Below are positions 51,044-61,978 of a stretch of DNA of 64,000 nt, piece after piece; within the stretch, counting starts at the first letter, position 1; every line of letters starts with the position of its first letter. The stretch comes from Bilabrum cf. latius. Taxonomy: Eukaryota. The translations under genes were made by a program, and so were the position numbers. The DNA lies in NCBI GenBank assembly GCA_965178125.1, contig OZ237755.1, positions 124,001 to 188,000 on the forward strand, given 5' to 3'. The notes under the pieces were generated by a model. It did not search any database. It was not told the DNA's origin and worked only from the letters and a program-made list of their open reading frames with translations.

Positions 51044-54000
51044 TTACAACGAGGGAGGTGCACCCCCTCTGGTAAGCTGCGCAATCAGCGCAGCGGTGCG
51101 CGGCGAGGCATCCTGCGGCACGCCACCTGCCTGTTGCCCCGGCGGGGGCACGTAGATGGGGGGAGGGGCATTGGGGGCACCCGCCGAAGCACCCGGCGCC
51201 GGTGCCGGTGCCGGTGCGGGTGCAGGTGCCGGTGCAGGTGCCGGTGCGGGTGCGGGTGCGGGTGCACCAAAGAAAGCGCTGAACATGCTGGGGGCCGGTG
51301 CTGGGGCCGGGGCCGGGGCTGGTGCAGGTGCAGGTGCAGGTGCAGGTGCAGGCGCAGGTGCAGATTGGGTCGCAGGCGCCGCGGCGGCCTGCTTGTCCTG
51401 CTGCTACAGCTGCGCGATGAGAGCAGCAGTCCGGGGGGAAACGTCGCCTCCCCCCGACCCTGAGCCGGAACCCCCACTAGACCTATGCTGCTGGTAGCCG
51501 GGCGGGGGCGCGTGCACAGACAAGCCCGGTGACGACCCCGAGGCTGCGGGCGGAGCCGCGCTGGGGTATGTGGCACCAAACCCCGCGGCTCCGCCTGCTG
51601 CTGCCACCCCGCTCCCCCCGCCCGGTCCTGCCACCCCAGACCCGGGTGCCCCTGCCCCTGCCCCTGCCCCAGCACTCCCCTAAGGCCCCGAGGGCCCAGC
51701 TCCCATCTGCAGGATCTGCTCCCTGCGCTCGATGTCCCGCGAGTACTTGAAATCCGCCGCGCCCCGCCGCAGCCTCTCGGCCTGCTGCCTCACATCCGAG
51801 TAGAAGGTTTGCCCGTCCCGCACCACGGACCGCAGCTTCTCGAAGCGGTCCACGCCTTCCGCCAGCCGCTGCAACGCCTCTCCTCGCGCTCGCGTCCTGG
51901 CGTCCGTGGCTCGCAGCTCGTCGTACCTCTTTGCCAGCGCCTCTATCCTCTCCAGCATGCCGCCGTGGGCCCGCATGCTGGCTTGCAGCGCCCTGCGTTG
52001 GGGCTCCCTTGCCTCCGAGAGCTCCAGCATGGCACGGTCCTTGGCCTCCTCGCCCAAAGAGCCGCCCACCGCCTTGCCAAGCATGATGGTCGTGGCTTTG
52101 CTCTTGGGACACTTGCGGTACACGTCGTCAACGAGCTGCTCCCACTTGCCCTGCACCGCCGACAGCTCCTTGAGCGCCTCCTTGAGCTGCTCCCGCTCCG
52201 CTGCTCCCCCGGCCCCGCCCGTGGGTGCGGACGGCACCTCGGCGGACACCTCGGCGCGACTCCTGCACAGCCCCACGATCTCGGGCCGCAGCCGCTGCAG
52301 CTCCCGCTGCACCTGCGCATCGTTCCCGGCGGCTTGACGCAGGAACCCCCTCAGCCGGTCCACCTCGGCTGCCATGGGCGCCCCCACCTCAGCGGGGGCC
52401 GCGCACCTCCACCTGGGCCCGAACTGCTTGGCCAGCGTGTCGTGGTCCCGCCGGTCCGCCTCGAGGCTCTCCACCGCCCCCTCGATGTCACGACCCGCCT
52501 GTGAGCCCTTCTCATGGCTCTCCCGCAGAAGGCGGTCCAGCTCCTCGGCGCCCCCCTGGATGCGGACCCCTTCCACGCGCCTCCAAAGGTCGTCAGGGAT
52601 GCCCTCCGTCTGCTCGGCCGCGTCGATGGACCCAGGCAGCCCCAGCTCCTGCAGCTTGTCCTGCGCACGCTGCAGCTCCGTCGCGGTCTCCTCCTTAAGC
52701 CTCTTGACCTCCTGCTTCACGGCCTCCTCGTGCTCGTCCACAGCAGCGGCCACCAGGCGCGGCACCAGGGAACCAAAGATGTCTCGGATCTCGGGGGCAC
52801 CCCCCTCCCCCGCTGATGCCCCGGAGGACGCCCCGGAAGCGGCCTCCCCATCGGTGGAAGGCGGACCCACTGCATCGGCCGCAAAGGGGCGCCCGGTCAC
52901 GGGATGGTTGCCCTCTCCCCGCAGCATCGCGTCGATCTTGTCGGGCGCCGTGGGCCGGGCCATGATAGTGGCCGCGACGGGAGGGGTGGCATCGAAGGAG
53001 GGCACCACCTCCATGTACACGTCCACGTTCTTCCTGTGGATGGCAGCCCTCAGCTCCTGCGCCTAGGCCTTGAGCGCCGCCAGCCCGGAGTCGTCGAACT
53101 TCTCCCGCCCCTTCTTCTCGGTTTCCTCCGCCAGCCGCTGGGCAAACCCGATGATCTGCAGGCACCTGTCCAGCACCGCGAGCGCGGCACCGAATCCCTT
53201 GAGCACCTCTGGGTTCTTGGCGTTCTCGTGGATGCCTTGGGCGTGCCGGAACAGGGCGCCCGCCTGGAACGAGGTCTCCTGAAACTTGAGGTACTCGGTC
53301 CACGGATAATCCCTGCTGATTTCGGACATGTCCTCCTTGCGCATGCACGCGGCCGCCTGCCCGTACAGGTTGCCTGCACCCATGGCCAGCTGAGCAAGCT
53401 TCTGCTGCGGCATGTTGTTCTTGAAGGCCATCTGGTAGAAGCAGGCCTGCGCTTGCGCCTGCATGAGGAGAGAGAGCAGCTGCAGCCCCTCCGGGGTCAT
53501 GTCCACCGTGGGCCGGCCCGTGAACTTGTTGGAGATCTGGGTGCGCAGGTAGCTGAACAGGCCCGAGGCGAGCATCATGTGCTTGGCGCAGTTCTTGATC
53601 CCATCGTTGGAGCTCCTGTCCGTGCGGATGCCCCTCACGGACTCGAGGGCCCCCAGGTTGAAAAGGATGCACGCCGTCTCGTACGTCCAAGAGTACTCGG
53701 CGTAGCTGCGGGACGGCAGGAACGCGTCTGTCCACTGAAACTTTATGCGCAGGCCGCCCGAAGACGTGACCGGTAGCTTTTCTTTGCACAAATATATCTG
53801 CTGCAAATACCTGCGGGACGATCGAACAGCGAGGTGTTTGAAAGGACCTGGGTGGGCAAGCCGCAGCACGACGTGCGTTGAACAGTGTCAGATAACGATG
53901 GGCTCGGCGAGGGCACTATCCACCCGTTTGCGATTCCAATAAAAAGCTAGATGGGGCGTACAGGCACAGTTCTGCGCACTCACCCGATCAGGGTAGATCT

Positions 54001-54356
54001 TGTCGCCTGGTTGGCCTCAACCGCCTGGGCAACGCGCTCTCGCAGCGCCTAGAACTCTGCCCGCGCCTCAGCCTACTTCTGCGCTTCTTCCTGCGATTCC
54101 AGAAATCGTACAAAGTCTTCATCACAAGGGTGCGACGTCGCTTTTGCACGTGTGGCGAAGAGGGATCGGCGTCGCAAACCCGCATCGCTTCCAGCATCAC
54201 GCTAGAGACGCCAGCAGAATTGGCGCCATACCTCACAGGGCTATACGCAGAATAAATGTAATTATATATCGGTGTGGACACATCGGTGTTCCATGTTCGC
54301 TTCATTCCAATGCCGATCATCCCGCTGGATGTCTGCTAGCTCTGTCCTTGTCCCAT
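51044..54356 (-). CDS. ALIX: ALIX/BRO1-family ESCRT adaptor (BRO1 + V domain + Pro-rich tail, ~997 aa); exons 54356-54237, 54090-53984, 53810-51044
   Basis: BRO1 motifs (MKRT, YLQQI, FQWTDAF, YETACILFNLGAL, ASGLFSYL, LMQAQAQACFY), V-domain motifs (LQELGLPGSIDA, IPDDLW, GQTFYSD) and a P/A-rich tail. Two GTGAG..GCAG introns, 6 TAGs, TAA stop. Alternative start at ATG 54318-54320. Confidence 0.88.
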
Positions 54357-54604
54357 GATTAGCTGCCTTATTCCAATCTAGCCTTGCTTTTTATTGTTAT
54401 TGGTAAGCTTTCAAGCGCTGCAAGCACTGAGTACGAACAGGGACGCGCGGTTTGTGCTGCTGTGGCGCTTACAAGTGCGGTTTCTTCGATCTGTCGCGGA
54501 AAGCTCTTCAGTTTGGTTTAGCAAAGTATACGTTACAACAAGCAAGCTTGGGCGCTGCGCGGTCTGTGATCGCGAACGGAAGCTTCATTTGTCCGACACT
54601 GATC

Positions 54605-55025
54605 ATGGCTACCAGCTAGGTATCCCCAATGATGTCTCCTAAAATGGAGATGCTGATTGGGCAGTCTGTAGGCACCCCGGCCATGCTGTCAATGCGCCGG
54701 GAGGCAATGGCGATGGAGTATGCGTAGGTTCAGGAGAGGTGAGCCAAAGGAGTCTAGTTTTGTCGTTTCCCTGGCGTGGAATCAATTTTATTCTAGAATG
54801 AGAAATGACTAGAATTATGTTGAGAGCCATCATTCACTGCGCTAGTGACGCAGGTTCCGCCGACGAGAAGTGAGGCCCCTGATGAGGACACAGTACAGGC
54901 GTGTCGATGAGAAGCAGTACGCCCCCCAGAGGTTTATGGACTCATTCATCGTTGGGAAGCAAATGAGTGGGCTGTACGAGAAGGTCACTCAGTAGAGGCA
55001 AGCTTCGGGCCGCACCGTATTCTGA
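54605..55025 (+). CDS. candidate small spliced gene (~101 aa); exons 54605-54738, 54854-55025 (TAG=Gln)
   Basis: ATG 54605, GTGAG donor at 54739 and GCAG acceptor at 54853 give a 115-nt intron like the others here and keep the frame open to TGA 55023-55025. Three TAGs. No homology recognised. Confidence 0.4.
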
Positions 55026-55206
55026 TTTGCTGCGAGCCGCTGTTCATGCTGAAATTCTTTGATTGACCATACTACGTTTACTAGATACAGACCACTTAGC
55101 CTGCCCATACATGTTTTCAAGCCAGCATGTGCCCTCGTGGCTGAAGCGTCCGTTGGCTCGAGGGCGCATTCGAATGATGTCAACGGCGCACGGCCTCGCG
55201 GCGACA

Positions 55207-56706
55207 TCAAGCCTGGGTATAGAATAAGTCTGCTCGCATGGAGAACAGGTACCTCTCGTTGCCATGGGCCGGCTGCTTGTTGTAGGTCAGCAGCACGGAC
55301 GCGTCCGGCACCCGTCCGTCGGTCTTGCTGCTCTCTGGCGGCACCGGGATGATCGACGTGTAGCTCATCGTCTCGCGGGGGGAGAAAGTCGTCGAGTTCA
55401 CGTTGGGGGTAAACCGAAGAGTCTCGTTGCTCTCGCCCCTGTTGTGCCAGTAGGACAGCGAAAACTCCTCGAACGCATCCAGCCCCGACCCCGACCCCGC
55501 CGCCGCCCCTGCCCCTGCTTGTGCACCCCCCTCCTCCCCCCCCTCCTCCCCCCCCCCCCCCTCCTCCTCCTCCTGCTAGTAGTAGGGCCCGCTGCCAGCC
55601 GCCCGGAGCAGCGCGGTGCCACTCCAGTCCACCCACAGCAGCACGTCAGACGTCCCGTGATCCCGCATGCGTCCCCCGGACAGCAGCATGGGAGCAGCAG
55701 GCGGGGCTCCGCTCCCTCCAGCGGCTACACCTCGACCTCCCGCGCGCGCTGCTGGCACCGGTGGGGCGGCGGGCAGCAGCCGCGGCCGCGCGCACCCGAG
55801 CCCTTCCAGCACCCTTGGCTTGCTCCACGTGTGCCCCCTGTCCGTCGACACCACCACCCGGTAGTCTCGGTAGGGGTGCGTCTGCGGGCCGTCCCCCGCG
55901 TCCCATCGGATGACCATCGCGATGGCGGGGTCGGCCTGGGGGGCGGCGCCGCGCAGCCCGGTTCCGCTTCCGGGCAAGGGGATGAGCGCGAGGTCGTTCT
56001 CGTTGGGTCCCTCCTGCGCGTCTGGGTTGGCGCTGGCGTTGGCCACCACGGCCCTGAAGTGCCACTGCAGGCCACCGTCCGTCGAGCCGAAGGCCAGCAC
56101 AGAGGTGGCCCACTCGCCGTTGCCGCCCCAGAACACGATCACAGACATGACGCACTCCGTCCCCGGGCTGTCGCTGGGCCCGAAGCACACGAGACCCGTG
56201 CCCTGCAGCCGGATGGGACAACCCCCGAAGTGGTGGTCGCACCACACGTCGTGCGGGAGACCGAGCATCGCGGCTCGGGTGCTGTTGTCGCGGGCAAATG
56301 ATACGAACGGTGGGCTGCTGAGCCCCGTCCAGCTCTATGTGTACGTACCATTGAACACATGCTGGTGCTTTGACGCATTTGCGGTGTGCAGAGCATCCCC
56401 ATAGTCGCGAAGCTTGCCTGTGGCGGTCGGGTACAGCCTTGCAGCCCCTTGTTTTGGTACGCCCGGCGGAGCTGGGCTCCACGTAGCCCCCGCGTCTCCT
56501 GATATATACAACTCGCTTTCCCCATCGAGCATAACGGTGCTGGATGCTTGTCCCAGGCCAGCCAGCGCGTGGCCGCGAGCCGCATCCGTGCCCGATCCAA
56601 CGAGAGTCGGCGCGTGGAACACCACCGAACCGGGATTCTATCCCATGGACAGCGGCACATTGGAAGCAATGGCGCAATACGCTGCTAATTTGAGTACGGA
56701 ATTCAT
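55207..56706 (-). CDS. probable secreted BNR/Asp-box (sialidase-like beta-propeller) protein (~499 aa, TAG=Gln)
   Basis: Three Asp-box motifs (SGDAGATW, STDGGLQW, STDRGHTW) and a signal-peptide-like N-terminus (MNSVLKLAAYCAIAS). ORFs 56335-56625, 55576-56268 and 55207-55401 are co-frame, with TAGs at 56638, 56335, 55576. TGA stop. Confidence 0.75.
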
Positions 56707-56841
56707 GCTGGGCGCTATGGAACGCGCGACAATCAGCGCGGTTGCACTTCACTGACGAATGCAACTTGAAGCTGCGAGCATGCTGCCAGCCAATCATAAA
56801 ACAAAGAACTCCTGACGCGAAAATACCACGGTATAGGAGCT

Positions 56842-59205
56842 ATGTCTCTTATTGCGTAGCTACTCGGTCCACCAAACAAGCCACTGCCTATCCTGGTTCA
56901 TGACGTGATCCACATGAGACTTTCTATGGCGAGCTTCAGCGCTGCAGTGCAGCGAGAGCGGGCAGCAGGCCGTAGCGTTGATGTACGAATTGGTGGAAGG
57001 ACAGCATTGCAGACAGCAGCCGATTGCGGGAGCGCGGAGATTGCGCAGGTGCTGCTTGACGTGGGCGGCGCCGGTGCTAATGAAACGGACGCGCAAGGCA
57101 GGCGCACGCCTCTTCATTTCGCCTGCGATGCGCGCTCATCTGAAGTGTGCTGCCTACTCATTGCAGCAGGAGCCAATCCGAATGCGACGGACCGCAGGCA
57201 CTGGTCACCGCTGCATTGTGCCGCTCGCAGGGGCCTGCTAGACGCGGCACTACTGCTGCTCCTGTGTGGCGCGGACGCCGAGGCCCAAGACGAGGGCGGG
57301 CGCACGCCCTTGCACTACGTTTGCATGTTTGCCGCGCCCGCGCAGCCTGCCCTGGCGCAGCTGCTCGTCCGCGGCGCCGGTGCCTCGCCCAGCGCATCGG
57401 ACCACCTGGGCCTCTCGCCGCTGCACCACGCCGCGCAATCCGGGTCAGTTCCGCTGTGCGCGGCGCTGCTGGCCCTGGGAGCAGATCCTCTGGCCCGCAG
57501 CCGCACAGGTTTCACGCCCGCTGACGTGGCTCGCCTCGGCGGACGCACAGCCTTGGCAGATGCGCTGCAGTGCGCTGCAGGCTGGCTCGGCTCGCTGGTG
57601 GAAGAGGTCCGGCGGGGGGATGTGGAGCCCGTGCCCGAGTGCGCAGAAGCGCACCGACTGTGGGTGACCCGGCATCGGAAAGGGGCTGGCACTGGCGTGG
57701 GCCCGGGGATGTCCTCCCGAGCGGCTGGCTCGAGCACGGCGGCGGCAGCGCAGAGGCAGACGCAGACGCAGAGACAGGGCGTGTCGCTGCGGGGAGCTGC
57801 AGGTGGTAAGAATCCGAGTGCAGTGGCAGCAGGTCGGTCCATGCCTCGGCTGCGGCGCGCCGCCGGCCGGATCGGTGTGACGAGTCTTCTGGGCTGCACC
57901 GATGAGTCTGGCCCCCTGAAGGAGGGTGGGGGTGCACTGCATGGTGGAGGCGGGGATGGCCCGCAAACGGACCGCTCTGGTCCCAGTGGTCCTGCCGCCG
58001 CGCCCGCTCGACAGCTCAGGCGGTCTCGTGCTGCACAGGGCTGGCTGGATGCTGCGGCCCAGATGCTCCTGCAGGCCCTAGACGACCCCAGCTCTGACTC
58101 GGAGGACGAGGGCGAGGACAAGGGCGAGGACGGGGGTGAAAACGTGGAGGCAGACGCCTTGGTACAGGCGGGCGAGCTGCAGAGTGGGGCGGGAGGCAGC
58201 ATGCAGTCTCTAGCAATGGGCCAGCCCGAGGGCCGCGGTGGGCATTGGCATGGGCATGGGCATGGGCGTTCGTCCACAACTCAGCCTCTGGCTGGTGCCG
58301 GTGCCGGTGCCGGTGCTGGTGCTCTTCTGTCCTCCTCCCTGGAAGAGACAGCGAGTCTTGGTGTGAGCGAGGGAGCGGCGACCAGCCATAGAGGGCCTGT
58401 CTCCTCTTCATCCTCCTCCGCATCTGGGCATGGGCGCGCGGCAGGGCGCAAGTGCTCGCTGGGGACACACGTGGAAATCGAGGCTGGCGCTGGATAGCAA
58501 GCAGGCCCAGATGCGTAGATCGATGCGGAGACGCATGCGAACTAGGGCGCGCCTGTGGCGGGTGCCGTGCATTAGGGGGATGCGCGGGTCCGTTACCCGC
58601 TCGGTGGTGCTGGTGCCACAAGTGTCGCCAGGGAACTGCAGTCGCGCGCGGCTCCATCCTCGCTGGGCCAAGCCCCCACGCCTCGTCGCCTCGTGGAGCT
58701 GGCGGGCGAGCTGGAGACGGAGCACGGCGCGGGCATGGCGGCCGGCGGCAGCAGCCGCAAGGGCTGCGCACATTGTGTGCCCTGGGGCAAGATGGCGGAT
58801 GCACTCGGGGAGGACGGCAAGGGGCTGGGGCTGGAGGGTGACGAGCGCAAGCTGGCGGTGTGGCGGGGGCGCCTGCCGTCGGCCCTTGAGCTGGACGCGC
58901 TGAGCACCGCGCTGAGGAGGAGAAGGCGGGCAGCAGGGCTTTGGCCGGCGGGGGACAGAGACAACGGGGCGGCAGGGGTGGGGGCCGGTGCTGCCGCGCG
59001 TGGTGTGGGTGCCGGGGGTGCCGTGCAAGCGGCAGCAGGAGCAGGGGCTGCTCGCGCTGCCGAGTCTACCAGCCTGGTGGAAGGCCAGGCACCGGCTTGC
59101 TCGATGTCTGTCAGTTCGATCGGAGCCGATGGGCTGGCCGAGCTCGTGGTCAGGCTGGCGGGCCTGCCGGAGGGTGCGGCTGCGAACGTGTACGGGTTCG
59201 TGTGA
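56842..59205 (+). CDS. ankyrin-repeat protein with low-complexity C-terminal region (~787 aa, TAG=Gln)
   Basis: About 6 ankyrin repeats (GRTALQTAA, RRTPLHFAC, WSPLHCAA, GRTPLHY, GLSPLHHAA, GFTPADVA). TAGs at 56857, 58495, 58516, 58543, 58573 link to ORF 58693-59205. TGA stop. Confidence 0.82.
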
Positions 59206-59334
59206 GACTGCATGTGGGTGAAGTGGCTGGGTGCGTGCTGCGTGTTGCATTTGGGATTAAAAATGGAAACTCTACAACCTGTTCACTCATTCAAGTATAG
59301 TTCCCTCCGCCGATGGTAGCAAGCGGAGTCCGAA

Positions 59335-61818
59335 TCAGCTAGACCCCGGGCCTAGTCCCTTCTTGCGCCTCGGGTCCTCGTGCGCCCCGTGGCCCTCCTT
59401 GGATCCACGCAGCTGCTCGAGAGCGTGCGGCAGCACCCGCGCCAAGATCTCCACCGTCTCGCGCACTGCCTTTGGCTTCCCGGGACAGTTGATGACCAGG
59501 GCGTGCCCAAGCGTGCCGGCGATTCCGCGGGAGAGCACGCAGGCCGGCAGCTTGGGCAGCATCGCGTGGTGCACTGCCTGGATCAGGCCGTCTGCCCGCC
59601 GCTCCAGCACCCCCGCCGTGGCCTCCGGAGTCACGTCCCGAGGAGAAAACCCCGTGCCTCCCGTGGTCAGCACGAGCGCGGCCGCGGAGGAATCTCCTCG
59701 CGCCGCCTATGCCCGTATTGCGCCGCGGATGGCAGACTCGTCGTCGGGCGCCACATGCACGGAGGGCTCGTCGACCAGCCTTACCCGCCCAGGTGTCTCA
59801 AGCAGATCGCGCACCGCTGCCACACCAGTGGGCCCCGAGACGTCTTCAGCTTGGCCTCTGAAGCACGTGTCGCTGACCGTGATCACGCTGAGTCGGAGGG
59901 GTACCGGCGGCTTGCTCTTCTGCTTGTGCGTGTGCGTGTGCGTGTGCTTGTGCGTGTGCTCCGCGGCCTTGCGCTCGCCTGTGACAGGGCCAGACCCAGC
60001 CACAGCGGCCCAGGAGGAGCCTGCCGCCCGACTCGCACTCGCACTAGATTTCCCCGAGGCAGCAGGATCAGCAGCAGGATCAGCAGCAGGATCAGCGGCA
60101 AGGGGAGGGGGAGGAGGAACAGCTCCGCATGCACCGCTGCACCCGAAAGATGCCCTAGCACTCTCAACCTGGGCGGCGGGTTGGAAGGAAGAAGGTGCAG
60201 CCTGCTCTCTTGCTCCCTCGATGTCGCCGATCTAGATGCATTGCACGATAGTGCCAGCCGGAAGCACCGCCGGGCCGTCCGCCAGAATCTCCCCACCCGG
60301 CATCCCTTGCTCTCCGATGGAGGGCACCCGGATCAGCACGTTTGCACCGAGGAACGAGGCAGGGCGCGAGGAGGCTTGTCTCCCTGTGGGTGTCACACAA
60401 ACGGTGCCATCGCCGCCGTGCCGGGCGATACCTCTCTGGAAATCGGTCCGCAGAGAGTCCCTCCTCACAGGCACCTGCAGCCGGGCCACCAGTCGCGCGG
60501 GACTCGCGCGGGAGGCCTCGATCCCCTGCATACGGCGGAGGGCGGGCTCCACGAGCAGATGGAAGGTGGCGAGGGCGGAGGCAGGGTTCCCGGGGAGGCC
60601 GAAGAACATGCACTGGTGCACAGACGGTGGTTCTGGTGAAGCGGTCTATGTTTTGCCAGCGGCATCACCACGGTCGGCTGCCTCCTACTCTGGGTCGGCT
60701 GCTCCCGTGCCGCGGGGGCTGTCAGCGGCAGTCGCTCCTGACCGGGCTGTGAGTGGATATGAACTAGTTGCACCTGCCACGCTGCTTGCCGGCGGTCTTG
60801 CCACCGGTGCAGCTGACCGAACCGTGGAAGCGACCGCCACGGTGGTGGGCTTGCCCGGCTTCATCCTCAGCCTCCCGAAGAGCACTCTGCCGCCGGGCAG
60901 CTGCTCCATGCTCGGTTTCACGTGGTCGTGCATGCCCATGCTCACTCCGCCGGTGGTGATGACTGCATCGCATTGCGTCGCGGCGCGTGACAGAGCAGCT
61001 CGCGTGGCAGGCCCGTCGTCGGGGAGCACGCCCATGTCCAGGGCCCGAGCACCTGCTCGAGCGCACAGGGCGAGCAAGGAAGGGCGATTCGCATCGTAAA
61101 CCGTCGTCCCCTCGGAGCTCGGCTCCATCCCGATCGATTCAGCTGCAGTATCCCCGCCCCCAACTGCGTGCTCGCTGCTCCCGCGGGGCAAAGAGCCGGG
61201 CAGCACCGCCAGCTCTTGGCCCGTGCTGAACACGCCCACTACCGCCTAGCGACGAACTGAAACCGAGCGCACCCCAGCGGCAGACAGCAGCCCTAACTCA
61301 GCAGGTCCTATCAGCTCACCTGGCTGCATAACGGCCGCCCCGGTCGGGATGTCCGAGCCGATTGGACGAATCTTGTCGCCAGGCTGGTGCGTGCCCCGCA
61401 GCTCCACAACGTCACCTGACGACTGCGCAGCGCCTTCGTGCGGCGCTGAGTTCTCTACCATAACAACACAGTCGGCCCCGTCTGGGACGGGGGCGCCAGT
61501 TGTTATGTAGCAGCAGTGGCCATCCTTCAACACGGGCGGTGCGCCGTCGCCTGCTGCAACCCCCCCTTGCACAGGCAGAACCCCGGGCAAGTCTACGCTT
61601 TTTGCGGCATACCCATCTACAATTGATGCTCGAAAAGGTGGCAAATTGACTGTAGCAATGGCTGGCTTGCAAGCGCACCGACCGACGCTTTGGTGCAGTT
61701 GCACCTAGGCGACATCAAGCGGGCGGGCCGCTGCAAGCACCGATTCAATGGCAGCATCAATCTCGACCATTGGATACGGACTACTCCTGATAAGGCTACC
61801 GTCTTGTCGCACTGCCAT
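59335..61818 (-). CDS. CNX1: molybdopterin biosynthesis Cnx1/gephyrin-family protein, MoeA(E)-MogA(G) fusion (~827 aa, TAG=Gln)
   Basis: E-domain motifs ([68 protein letters not shown]) precede G-domain motifs ([38 protein letters not shown]). One frame with 6 TAGs. TGA stop. Confidence 0.92.
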
Positions 61819-61978
61819 GGCTGGATATGGGACCTTTCGTGATTGCGACTGCACAATCGTCGAGCCGCGATCATCATCACCAAAGACTGCCAGTGGGTCC
61901 GCCGAGCTTGCACGCTGTACAGATTGGAAGAACTTGCCAGACCGGCCATACAGCTCCGGTTGCTATCACTGATTACGC

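Noticed and set aside
54879-54915. CTGATGA followed by a GACAC/GTGTC stem, resembling a hammerhead ribozyme core
   Set aside because: The required GAAA after stem II is missing (GATG instead), and the region fits a candidate coding exon better.
55525-55575. Poly-C tract as a possible frameshift or regulatory element
   Set aside because: The frame is preserved across it, encoding a Glu/Gly linker. Homopolymer length may be error-prone, but nothing further is supported.
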